A stretch of DNA of 64,000 bases from an uncultured Candidatus Saccharibacteria bacterium (GTDB taxonomy: Bacteria; Patescibacteriota; Saccharimonadia; Saccharimonadales; JACDBH01): contig CAZXOA010000001.1 of assembly GCA_964642275.1 (NCBI GenBank), positions 12,729 through 76,728 on the forward strand, in the 5' to 3' direction. Position 1 is the first letter of the stretch. Every line of letters begins with the position of its first letter. Under the pieces are notes generated by a model that worked only from the letters and a program-made list of their open reading frames with translations, was not told where the DNA came from and made no database searches. Position numbers and translations under genes: made by a program. Below are positions 1-8,086 of the stretch, in pieces.

Positions 1-256
1 TCTGGGCATCAAAACCTGCCCTGATTCGGGTGTTGGTCAAAAGCACAATTATTTGCGAGGCATCTAGGTCATGAACTCCCTTATGAAACTTCATGACCCG
101 ACCAAAGGGAGTCTGCCGAGCATTGTGTCTTTTGACAACGAGCCGAGTCAAGGCGGGTTTTGGCCCAGTGTTTCTTGGCTACTTCTCAACAAGGAGAAGT
201 AGTAACTTGCTTCTTGGTTTCAAGAAGATAGAGATTTGTTTCTTTACAAAGAAAAA

Positions 257-2584
257 CTACTTCTTCTTCCGCCGACCAAACTTCTTCTTAGCCGGAGCCT
301 CGTCAAGCAGTTTCTTTGCCTGGGCCTCTGTCACCGTAGTCGGGTCGGTATCTTTGGGGATGCGGGCGTTCTTTTTGCCATCGGTGACGTACGGGCCGAA
401 CGGGCCGCGCAGAACTTGAATAGTGCCAAAATCTGCTACATTACGCTCGGCGATTTGTTTGAGCTTTTCTTCTATCAGCTCATTGGCTTCTGCTTCGGTG
501 ATAGTAAAGGCGCTGAGCTTTTTGATTGATACGTAAATCGGCTTGGGCTTGAGCATTTTGCCGCTCTTGCCTTTCTCTGATTCGCCTTCAAACTGTACGT
601 AGGGGCCAAAGCGGCCTATATCCGCCAAAATATCTTTGCCGTCCTTGGTTTTGCCAACCAACCGTGGCAAGCCGAACATTGGCAGTGCTTGTTCGAGCGT
701 GACATCATCCATGGTGACGCCGTCGGGCATCGGGGCGAATTCGGGCTTTTCTTCGTCTGAGGTCTCGCCGCGCTGCAGCATGGGGCCGTAGCGGCCAAAG
801 CGTACGACAATCGGTTTGCCGGACTTGGGGTCGTCTCCGAGTTTGCGCTGCTGGCTGGTTTCCTCGCGCGAGACATCAGCACTAGCTTTGATAAGCGGCT
901 TGAAATCATCGTTGTAGAACTCAGCAATCATTTTGTTCCACTTCACTTTGCCTTCTTCGATGTCGTCGAACTCTTTTTCGGCGCCAGCGGTAAAATCGTA
1001 ATCAACAATCGGTGCAAAATACTTGGTGAGGAAGTCGGTGGTTACTTCTGCAACGGAGGTTGGAATCAGCTTGTTTTTGTCGGCACCAGTGATAACTTTT
1101 TCTTCTTTGCCGCCAAGCTGGTCGCCATCGAGAATGAGGGTGTTGATGATGCGCTCTGCCCCCTGCAAGTCACTTTTTTCGACGTAGCCGCGGTCCTGAA
1201 TTGTTGAAATAGTTGGTGCATACGTAGATGGCCGGCCGATACCCATTTCTTCCATGGCTTTGACGAGGCTGGCCTCTGAATAGCGGGCTGGCGGCCGGCT
1301 GAAGGTCTCGGTGGCTTGAATCAGGCCCGGTGTGAGGGTTTGCCCCTGTTTGAGCTCCGGCAGGATGACATCGTCTTTGCCGCCACCGTAAACCCGTAGG
1401 AAGCCGTCAAATAGCAGGACTTCACCCTTGGCCATAAAAACTTCAGGTCGCTGTGAGATGGCGATTGATACCTCGGTCTTATCTACCTTGGCTGGTGTCA
1501 TCTGGCTGGCGAGGGCGCGCTGCCAGATGAGCTTGTAGAGTTTCTTTTGCTGTTCATCGTTGCCGGCTGCGTCTTTATTAAAATCGGTCGGCCGGATGGC
1601 TTCGTGTGCCTCTTGGGCACTGCTGTTCTTGGTCTTGAATTGGCGAACTTGGTGATACTCTTTGCCAAGATTCTTGAGGATGTAACTCTCGGCATTTTTA
1701 ATGGCCTGGCCCGAGAGCACCGTGCTATCGGTACGCATGTAGGTAATATGACCAGATTCGTATAATCGCTGGGCGAGCGTCATAGTCTGGCGCACAGAGT
1801 AGCCGAGCCGGCGGCTGGCCTCTTGTTGGAGCGTGCTGGTCGTAAACGGCGCGCCTGGGTTGCGGCTGCCGGGCTTTTTCTCGATCGCGGTGACGGTGTA
1901 GGTCGCGCCGATAGAATCTTTTAGGAACTTCTCGGCGGCCTTTCGGTCAGCTAGCTTCTCGGTCAGTTCAGCTGGGAATGTTTCTTTGCTGCCGGTGAAG
2001 TCACCAGTGACCTTGTAGGTACTTTCTGCTTCAAAGGCGCGGATTTCGCGTTCGCGCTCAACGATAATGCGTACGGCTACAGATTGGACGCGTCCAGCGC
2101 TGAGGCCCGCACGGACCTTTTTCCATAATACGGGTGATAATTCGTAGCCGACCAAACGGTCGAGCACGCGGCGGGCCTGCTGGGCGTCTACCAGTTGCAG
2201 ATCAACGGTGCGCGGGTTCTCGACGGCGTGCAAGATGGCGTCTTTGGTAATCTCGTGGAACACGATACGCTTGGTCTTCTTAGGGTCCAAACCAAGCGCT
2301 ATACAGAGATGCCAAGCTATCGCCTCGCCTTCACGGTCTTCATCGGATGCCAGCCAGACTTCATGGGTTTTGGCCAGTTTCTTCAGTTCTGCGACGGTCT
2401 TTCTCTTTTCTGGAGAAATCTCGTATGTTGGCTCGAAGTTGTTGGCCTTATCTATAGATATGCCCTTTTTTGGCAGATCACGAATATGGCCAAAGCTGCT
2501 TTTGACCGTAAAATCCTTGCCCAGGAATTTCTCAATTGTCTTGGCTTTGGCCGGGCTCTCTACTATTACTAAGTTTTTGCTCAT
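257..2584 (-). CDS. topA: DNA topoisomerase I
   Basis: 775-aa ORF with a Toprim N-terminus (MSKNLVIVESPAKAKTIEKFLG...) and a Lys-rich C-terminal tail. It sits immediately downstream of dprA, the conserved smf-topA arrangement. Confidence 0.9.
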   Translation of the reverse strand: MSKNLVIVESPAKAKTIEKFLGKDFTVKSSFGHIRDLPKKGISIDKANNFEPTYEISPEKRKTVAELKKLAKTHEVWLASDEDREGEAIAWHLCIALGLDPKKTKRIVFHEITKDAILHAVENPRTVDLQLVDAQQARRVLDRLVGYELSPVLWKKVRAGLSAGRVQSVAVRIIVEREREIRAFEAESTYKVTGDFTGSKETFPAELTEKLADRKAAEKFLKDSIGATYTVTAIEKKPGSRNPGAPFTTSTLQQEASRRLGYSVRQTMTLAQRLYESGHITYMRTDSTVLSGQAIKNAESYILKNLGKEYHQVRQFKTKNSSAQEAHEAIRPTDFNKDAAGNDEQQKKLYKLIWQRALASQMTPAKVDKTEVSIAISQRPEVFMAKGEVLLFDGFLRVYGGGKDDVILPELKQGQTLTPGLIQATETFSRPPARYSEASLVKAMEEMGIGRPSTYAPTISTIQDRGYVEKSDLQGAERIINTLILDGDQLGGKEEKVITGADKNKLIPTSVAEVTTDFLTKYFAPIVDYDFTAGAEKEFDDIEEGKVKWNKMIAEFYNDDFKPLIKASADVSREETSQQRKLGDDPKSGKPIVVRFGRYGPMLQRGETSDEEKPEFAPMPDGVTMDDVTLEQALPMFGLPRLVGKTKDGKDILADIGRFGPYVQFEGESEKGKSGKMLKPKPIYVSIKKLSAFTITEAEANELIEEKLKQIAERNVADFGTIQVLRGPFGPYVTDGKKNARIPKDTDPTTVTEAQAKKLLDEAPAKKKFGRRKKK

Positions 2585-2814
2585 AAAGGTTATGCATAAG
2601 AGTGTAGCACGACAATTTTTATCGTGTCACCCGACGCTCAAGCCTAGCACAGGGGTTTTTAGTTTGGCAAATAGAAATGTTCTTGCGACCAAGAACCAAG
2701 TCGCTTCTTTTCTGTGTCAGCAGAAAAGAAGCCAAAAGACTGACCGGCAGCGCTGAATAATTAACTTGCTTTTCGTCCTTTTGGACTCATCAGAACAACC
2801 GCACAGTTGTTTAA

Positions 2815-3050
2815 GCGGAAATGACAAGCAGACAATAGTTTAGGAATGGGAGAGTGGCATGAGGGCCAAACGCCTGGGTTATCCCAAACTACTCTCTGCC
2901 TGCCACTGCCGCTCGTGCGTTCAGCTCTCGCTGAGGGCCCTCGCGTACAGCGAGCGTGTGTCTTCTATTCCTAAACACACAAGATGAGGGGCAAGAGCAC
3001 CCTGAAATGCACTTGCTTCTCACCTTGTGATGTCTGTCTGCTTGTCAAAA
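2815..3050. ncRNA. candidate structured RNA element in the dprA-topA spacer; identity unknown
   Basis: GC-rich segment in a 695-bp non-coding gap. It has nested long-range complementarity: tgacaagcagaca (2822-2834) pairs with tgtctgcttgtca (3036-3048), gtttaggaa (2838-2846) pairs with ttcctaaac (2970-2978), and there is the gagggccctc palindrome plus further local hairpins. Strand cannot be determined. Confidence 0.25.
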
Positions 3051-3279
3051 ATCAAGGGGAGACAAAACTCGACCCTATCTTCTCATTATATCACACATTT
3101 CAAGCCTTGTCAATGATTTTTGCTTATTTACCACTGCTCCACCACTATTAAGCAGACACTTTTCGGCCGAGGGTCATTTGGTGTATTTTGAGGCTTCCAT
3201 TTCGGAAGCGTACATGTGGGTACGGTGAAGAAATGTCCTGAAAATACGGCAAATGACCACTCCAAAAATGTCTGCGCGC

Positions 3280-4128
3280 TTATGCGAGTCCCCATAGGTT
3301 GTTGCCCAAGGGGCGAATCCGCCCGGTGAGTTCAAGCATGGTGAGAGACTGGTTGAACTTGGCCGGGTCGAGCTCGCTCTTTATAAGCAGTTCGTGGCCG
3401 TCTGATATCCCGTCTGCCAGTAGCTCCAGGATACGGCGCTCTTCTTCGGTGCTGGTGATGGTATCGGCTGGTTTGTTGGTGAATTTCCAAGGCATTTCAT
3501 TGACAATATCGTTAATGTTTCTGACCAGAACCGCTCCGGCCTTTATCAGATTGTTCGTACCCTCTGAGGTTGGGCTGTTAATCGGCCCGGGGACGGCAAA
3601 GACCGGTATGCCAAGCTCGAGTGCAAATCGGGCGGTATGCAAACTGCCGCTGTTCACAGCAGCTTCGGTTATCAGCAATCCCTCAGCCAGGCCTGCTATT
3701 ATCCTGTTGCGCGCAATAAAATTGTGGCGCATCGGCTCGGTACGCTTAGGATATTCGGTTACGAGCAACCCTCCTGCACCGGCAATCCGGCGGGCGAGCT
3801 GAAAGTGTGAGGTCGGATATATCCGATCAAGACCAGCGGGAAGGACGGCAACGGTGCCACCTCCGGCGTCGAGGCAACTTGTGTGGGCGATAGAATCGAT
3901 CCCAAGCGCCAAGCCGCTTACAATCACCACCCCCTTCCTTGCGAGATCGCTGGCCAGCTTGGCGGTGACGCTACGGCCATACGGAGAAACCTTGCGACTT
4001 CCCACGATTGCTATGCGGGGCTTCTCCATCATATGTTGCAGGTGATTTCCTGATACAAAGAGTTGTTTTGGAGGCTCGTGCAATCGTAGCAGTTCTTGAG
4101 GTAAATCAGGGGTAGTAAGCGTAACCAT
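3280..4128 (-). CDS. dprA: DNA processing protein DprA (Smf)
   Basis: Rossmann-like DprA motifs (IVSGLALGIDSIAHTSCLDAGGGTVAVLPAGLD). The ORF is open to 4173 (GTG), but the ATG at 4128 (MVTLTTPDL...) preceded by GGAG is the more likely start. Confidence 0.8.
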   Translation of the reverse strand: MVTLTTPDLPQELLRLHEPPKQLFVSGNHLQHMMEKPRIAIVGSRKVSPYGRSVTAKLASDLARKGVVIVSGLALGIDSIAHTSCLDAGGGTVAVLPAGLDRIYPTSHFQLARRIAGAGGLLVTEYPKRTEPMRHNFIARNRIIAGLAEGLLITEAAVNSGSLHTARFALELGIPVFAVPGPINSPTSEGTNNLIKAGAVLVRNINDIVNEMPWKFTNKPADTITSTEEERRILELLADGISDGHELLIKSELDPAKFNQSLTMLELTGRIRPLGNNLWGLA

Positions 4129-4160
4129 ATTGACATTATTCTCCAAAAATGAAATAGGTA

Positions 4161-4189
4161 TTGACATAATCACACAAATTTGCTAAAAT
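4161..4189 (+). promoter_or_regulatory. consensus sigma-70 promoter (TTGACA-17-TAAAAT) with no ORF downstream
   Basis: TTGACA at 4161-4166, an exact 17-nt spacer, TAAAAT at 4184-4189. It fires into a non-coding 350-nt region. Confidence 0.5.
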
Positions 4190-4195
4190 GGCAAC

Positions 4196-4549
4196 TTGTA
4201 ATCACCTGTGAGGTGAATTACGTACCTTATACCCCTATGCTAACCCATGGCAACATAAGTTGCCGTGATGTTAGAAAAGCTTTAGAACGTGCCAAGACAA
4301 GTTGTTACCCTCCACTTATCTCACGCATGTATATCCTTGGATATACGGCGTTCTAAAGCACACTATTCCCTTTAACCCCGTGTACCCACCGCGTTTTATT
4401 TGCGGCTATAATTGGCGTTACATCGGACAAACCTAGAGTGGGCCGACGAGTATCTTTACGAGAATACTGGTCGGAGGCCTTCAAGGTGGGTTGAAGGGTG
4501 TAATGAGCCTTCAGCGGTGCCCACCCCCTCTGAAGGCTCTTTATATTTG
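4196..4549 (+). ncRNA. promoter-to-terminator structured RNA or long regulatory leader upstream of the sigma factor gene
   Basis: Bounded by the consensus promoter at 4161 and a terminator hairpin at 4505-4549. It has multiple hairpins (cacctgtgaggtg; ggcaac-ataa-gttgcc; ccgacgagtatct/agaatactggtcgg). It holds only a 39-aa ORF with no Shine-Dalgarno sequence. Confidence 0.3.
4505..4549 (+). terminator. rho-independent terminator with an attenuator-like alternative pairing
   Basis: A 10-bp perfect stem, gagccttcag (4505-4514) with ctgaaggctc (4530-4539), followed by tttatatttg. The upstream hairpin ccttcaa/ttgaagg (4478-4497) shares the same heptamer, so B:C and A:D pairings are possible. Confidence 0.45.
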
Positions 4550-4585
4550 TAAAAGGAAATGAAAGTATTATTTTATAATACTATA

Positions 4586-4615
4586 TTGACAGATTATACA
4601 ATTCTGTGCTATAAT
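4586..4615 (+). promoter_or_regulatory. sigma-70 promoter (TTGACA-18-TATAAT) for the sigma factor gene, implying a leaderless transcript
   Basis: The -10 hexamer ends at 4615 and the ATG is at 4623, so the predicted TSS coincides with the start codon. Confidence 0.5.
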
Positions 4616-4622
4616 AAACTCT

Positions 4623-5957
4623 ATGTATATGTACAGAGATGAGAAAACCATCTACGATTATCCTGAACTATACGAGGATAATTATACAGGTTTCGATGCC
4701 ACTCAGCGATGGGAGGCCGGCGTGGTTTCTGTAGATGAGATGTTTGACCCATATTGCCAGGATGTGTCGGCGGATGCTCTGCCCGAAGGCAGGTTTCCTT
4801 TTATGACAGATGCCGACAGGGCTTTTGATCAGAAAATGCGGAGTCTCTGCCCTGCAGCAGGCTACTTGGATAAAGATGAGGAAGCGCTACTGACACGCCA
4901 GGCTCAGGATGGCTCACAAGAGGCCAAAGAGCGTTTGCTTGAGACGAATCTGAAGTTTGTTTTGTGGTTTGCTCGTGAAACCATGGGGTGGCACAAAAAA
5001 CGTAACCAGGAGGTGGGTCGCGAAGCTACTGACTCCAGCGTTACAAACGGCAAGCTACAAGACTATGCTGCCGCACCGCTTGACTATTCCGATAGAGTAC
5101 AAGCAGTAGCTATGGGGTTACTTCAGGCAATAGAAAAGCATGATCCCGAACGAGGCAGGCTCAAGACCATTGCCAGCATTTATATGGAGAGAGCGTTAGT
5201 CAGAGAGATACAGGATACCTCGGAGGAGTTTATAACACGTATACCAGTCCATAGGCATGGCGAATACCGCAGGATTATGGGCAGTACCCGGCAAGCCGCC
5301 GATGAAGGCCGACGGCCGAACCTTGATGAGACAGTCTATGAAACGGGTTTGAGCCATGAATTTGTGGAGTGGATATCTGGTCGGATGGTCACTCTGCGCA
5401 GCGGTTTATCCGTGCAGTACTTAACCGAATACTTCGATGATCAGGCCGAGGACGGGCATGATAGCGATGGCCCTTTGAGCTTTGCGGATCGGGTACAAGC
5501 GCAGGAGGGTTTATCGGCTGAGGCGGTGAGCGGACAAATAGCTACTCAAAGAGTAGTTGAAGAGGTGCTCAATGACCTGAGCGAACGGGAGCGGAGTGTG
5601 GTTGAGATGCGCTTTGGTATTGCCGATAATTCACCCATGCCACTTCATGAGGTTGCACAGGCTCTTGCAGAGATTACCGGGAAGCAAATTACGAGGGAGC
5701 GTGTCCGGCAGATCGAAGCCAAGACCCTGGCTAAGCTTCGGCACCCAAATAAGAGCGGGCCACTCAGGGGGGTATTAGATGGAGGCGCTCATGAACCTGG
5801 TAGTGGAAACAGAGATGGCGTCATCTATGTTACTCAAGACGAATTAGCCGGTTTAAACCTGCCACCCGTTGTTAGATTCGATAACAGGCCGAGCTATAAG
5901 TACAGAGATACGGATCGCCCTCGGCGGTCAAGATTTAAGTACACAGAGGACTGGTAG
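4623..5957 (+). CDS. RNA polymerase sigma factor, sigma-70 family, with atypical N- and C-terminal extensions
   Basis: Region 2 (LETNLKFVLWFARE...; DRVQAVAMGLLQAIEKHDPERG) and a region 4.2 HTH (QALAEITGKQITRERVRQIEAKTLAKLRH). About 70 extra C-terminal residues follow region 4, and there are insertions between the conserved regions. Confidence 0.7.
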   Translation: MYMYRDEKTIYDYPELYEDNYTGFDATQRWEAGVVSVDEMFDPYCQDVSADALPEGRFPFMTDADRAFDQKMRSLCPAAGYLDKDEEALLTRQAQDGSQEAKERLLETNLKFVLWFARETMGWHKKRNQEVGREATDSSVTNGKLQDYAAAPLDYSDRVQAVAMGLLQAIEKHDPERGRLKTIASIYMERALVREIQDTSEEFITRIPVHRHGEYRRIMGSTRQAADEGRRPNLDETVYETGLSHEFVEWISGRMVTLRSGLSVQYLTEYFDDQAEDGHDSDGPLSFADRVQAQEGLSAEAVSGQIATQRVVEEVLNDLSERERSVVEMRFGIADNSPMPLHEVAQALAEITGKQITRERVRQIEAKTLAKLRHPNKSGPLRGVLDGGAHEPGSGNRDGVIYVTQDELAGLNLPPVVRFDNRPSYKYRDTDRPRRSRFKYTEDW

Positions 5958-6007
5958 TCTGGGATTGTAGGTTTATCTTACGGACAGAGCGGCTTTGACA
6001 AGGTGAG

Positions 6008-6646
6008 TTAAGCTAGGAAGTTCCTTGTTTCGGGGGTGAGTTTTTCGCCGAAGATGGCTTCGTTGAGGATAGCGATTGTTTCGGTCGAAAGTGCTTTTAG
6101 CTTGCCCTGCTCTTCTGCGCTAAACTTCTGAAGGACAAAGTCGGCTGAATCTATCTGCTCAGGCTTTTTGGGGCCAATGCCGATGCGTACGCGGGCAAAA
6201 TCTTCGCCGCAGTGCTGGATGATCGACTTGATACCGTTGTGCCCTGCTGCGCTGCCGCCAATGCTAGTGCGGATTTTGCCGAACTTTACATCCAGCTCAT
6301 CGTGCACGACGATGGTGTCGGCATTTGATATTTTATAAAAACGTTGCACAGCCTGCACAGCTTCGCCGCTGAGATTCATAAAAGTCCGCGGTTTTATGAC
6401 AATAATCCGGGCCGAGCCGATTTTTAGGTCGGCCACAAGGCTCTTGAGAACCTTTTTTTCGCTGTATGAGCCATTTTCAGCCTCTACGAGGCGGTCTGCA
6501 CAGTAAAAGCCGATATTATGCCGGGTGTGATCGTATTCGGTGCCTGGGTTGCCGAGGCCCACGATAAGTTTGGTCTTTTCGGTGCCAAAACTGACGTTAT
6601 ACGTCACTTCAATTTCTGGCTGCTGGCGGCGCTGAAATAATCCCAT
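6008..6646 (-). CDS. pth: peptidyl-tRNA hydrolase
   Basis: Pth family signature (GLGNPGTEYDHTRHNIGF...). Confidence 0.9.
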   Translation of the reverse strand: MGLFQRRQQPEIEVTYNVSFGTEKTKLIVGLGNPGTEYDHTRHNIGFYCADRLVEAENGSYSEKKVLKSLVADLKIGSARIIVIKPRTFMNLSGEAVQAVQRFYKISNADTIVVHDELDVKFGKIRTSIGGSAAGHNGIKSIIQHCGEDFARVRIGIGPKKPEQIDSADFVLQKFSAEEQGKLKALSTETIAILNEAIFGEKLTPETRNFLA

Positions 6647-6783
6647 ATCAAGATAAGTATATCCTAATTATCCTGTGACATGTCACCTGTTACCTAACAT
6701 TACCCTATAACCTGTAGCGATGAATCGTCACACGATAATTCTTACAGTTATATCACAGGTGACACGCTCATCGTTCATTGTGT

Positions 6784-7059
6784 CTAGGCTGTGGCTTGTT
6801 CGAGGCTGGAGATTCTGGTTTCGTGATCGACAAGTTGGGCGCCGGTTGTTTCGAGAATTGTATCGACTTTTGCCTCCACGTCGTCAATCTTTTGCGTAAG
6901 CTTTGCCTCGACATCATCAATCTTCTGCCCAAGCTTCTCTAGGCCAGTCTTCAAATTACTGATATCTTCCCTTAAGTCGTTGGTCTGCAGGCTCAGCTGT
7001 TGGCTTACAGTGTTAGCAATAAACTGCTTGAGGTCTTGCAATAGCTCTTCGTTGGTCAT
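6784..7059 (-). CDS. small coiled-coil protein with tandem QKIDDVEAK repeat, function unknown
   Basis: 91-aa ORF with heptad-like composition and an internal 9-aa tandem repeat that is also visible as a roughly 23-nt imperfect DNA repeat at 6885-6940. Confidence 0.4.
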   Translation of the reverse strand: MTNEELLQDLKQFIANTVSQQLSLQTNDLREDISNLKTGLEKLGQKIDDVEAKLTQKIDDVEAKVDTILETTGAQLVDHETRISSLEQATA

Positions 7060-7076
7060 GAGCCTATTTTATCACG

Positions 7077-7637
7077 TTAATCTTCTGAGGTTTCGCCTTC
7101 TTCGCTGTCGGATGCTTCGGCGGCATCCCAGATTTCCTGCTGGCGTTTGCTGTATCTGAACAGTGCAACAAAAACGAGCCATATCATAATAAGAAACGGT
7201 ATGGCCCAGAGATATAGAGCCTCCTGCGGCGGGCGGTTGTCGGCCAGGTTGCGGGCATAGTTGGGGTTCTTTGGGTAATAGCCGGCACGGATGGTGTGGC
7301 CGACCTCGTATGCAATGCCGCTGGCCGTAGGAGTACGGACAGATTTTTGCTCGCCCTCCCGGGTTACGAAATCGAACGTAATAAAGGTGGTGACGGTGCC
7401 TATGTCGTCGGTGTGCCCAGTGCTGATATGGGTGACGGTGCCAGTGGTTTGGATGAGATTGCCTGGATTCGCCCTGGCAAACCAGATAAGGCCGCCCAGC
7501 AAAACAGCAATGACGGCAAAGAAGCATGCCGCACTGAGGGTTGAGTGCTTGATGAGCGGGTCCTGTTCTATATCTTCAACGATTTGACGATAGTACTTCC
7601 GCGATATGTTGGTTTTCGGCGCGTAATTGCCGTACAT
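7077..7637 (-). CDS. hypothetical membrane protein (two predicted TM helices)
   Basis: 186-aa ORF with hydrophobic segments (ACFFAVIAVLLGGLIWFA; AIPFLIMIWLVFVALF). It was chosen over the overlapping His/Arg-rich frame 7072..7527. Confidence 0.4.
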   Translation of the reverse strand: MYGNYAPKTNISRKYYRQIVEDIEQDPLIKHSTLSAACFFAVIAVLLGGLIWFARANPGNLIQTTGTVTHISTGHTDDIGTVTTFITFDFVTREGEQKSVRTPTASGIAYEVGHTIRAGYYPKNPNYARNLADNRPPQEALYLWAIPFLIMIWLVFVALFRYSKRQQEIWDAAEASDSEEGETSED

Positions 7638-7655
7638 GCCCCTTATGGTATCACG

Positions 7656-8048
7656 TTAGTAGTCGCCGGAGTATTCAGGATTCGTGAGGGTTTCGAGGGC
7701 CCTTTGTCTTCTCTTTTCATGGAGTTCGCCTGAGTAATCAACCGCGTCCAAATGATTGACGGCATAATTCAGATGGCCAATGTAGAAGGTCAGTACGCTC
7801 TGAATGCCCTTTTCTGAGTCATTCCCGGGTGGTGTAATCGTATTCCGGCAACGAGCAAGATGTGCAGCAAGTCGCGAAATACGAACACGGTCTTGTCGTA
7901 TGGCGGATCTAATCGCTGCGCTAGATATTTCACGTATTAGAGATTCTCTAGCTTCAGAATCTCCCGATGATATAGCAGCTTCAGTTAATGCGAGAAAGTC
8001 TCGGAATCCTGGGATGCCGTTATCTATAGAGTCAGCACTGTTTAGCAT
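7656..8048 (-). CDS. hypothetical protein
   Basis: 130-aa ORF in a dense same-strand gene series, with no recognisable motif. Confidence 0.3.
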   Translation of the reverse strand: MLNSADSIDNGIPGFRDFLALTEAAISSGDSEARESLIREISSAAIRSAIRQDRVRISRLAAHLARCRNTITPPGNDSEKGIQSVLTFYIGHLNYAVNHLDAVDYSGELHEKRRQRALETLTNPEYSGDY

Positions 8049-8086
8049 ACTAACTCTATTATATGACTACATAGCCCTTGAGCAAG

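Noticed and set aside
209-246. Terminator hairpin cttcttgg-ttt-caagaag downstream of topA
   Set aside because: A 7-bp stem exists, but on the minus strand it is not followed by a convincing U-tract. Left unannotated.
2585-3279. RNase P RNA, tmRNA, SRP RNA or 6S RNA in the dprA-topA spacer
   Set aside because: I could not find the diagnostic motifs: the P4 AGGAAAGUCCGG and ACAGAA for RNase P, a tRNA-like T-arm plus tag ORF ending in AA-stop for tmRNA, or the GGAA/AGCAGC domain-IV loop for SRP RNA. The structure is reported only as an unidentified candidate.
4196-4549. T-box riboswitch or tmRNA (given smpB in the window)
   Set aside because: Only a partial AGGGUG resemblance to the T-box motif, and the downstream gene is a sigma factor, not an aminoacyl-tRNA synthetase. 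There is no tRNA-like 3' end for tmRNA. The 39-aa ORF at 4237-4356 lacks an RBS and looks incidental.
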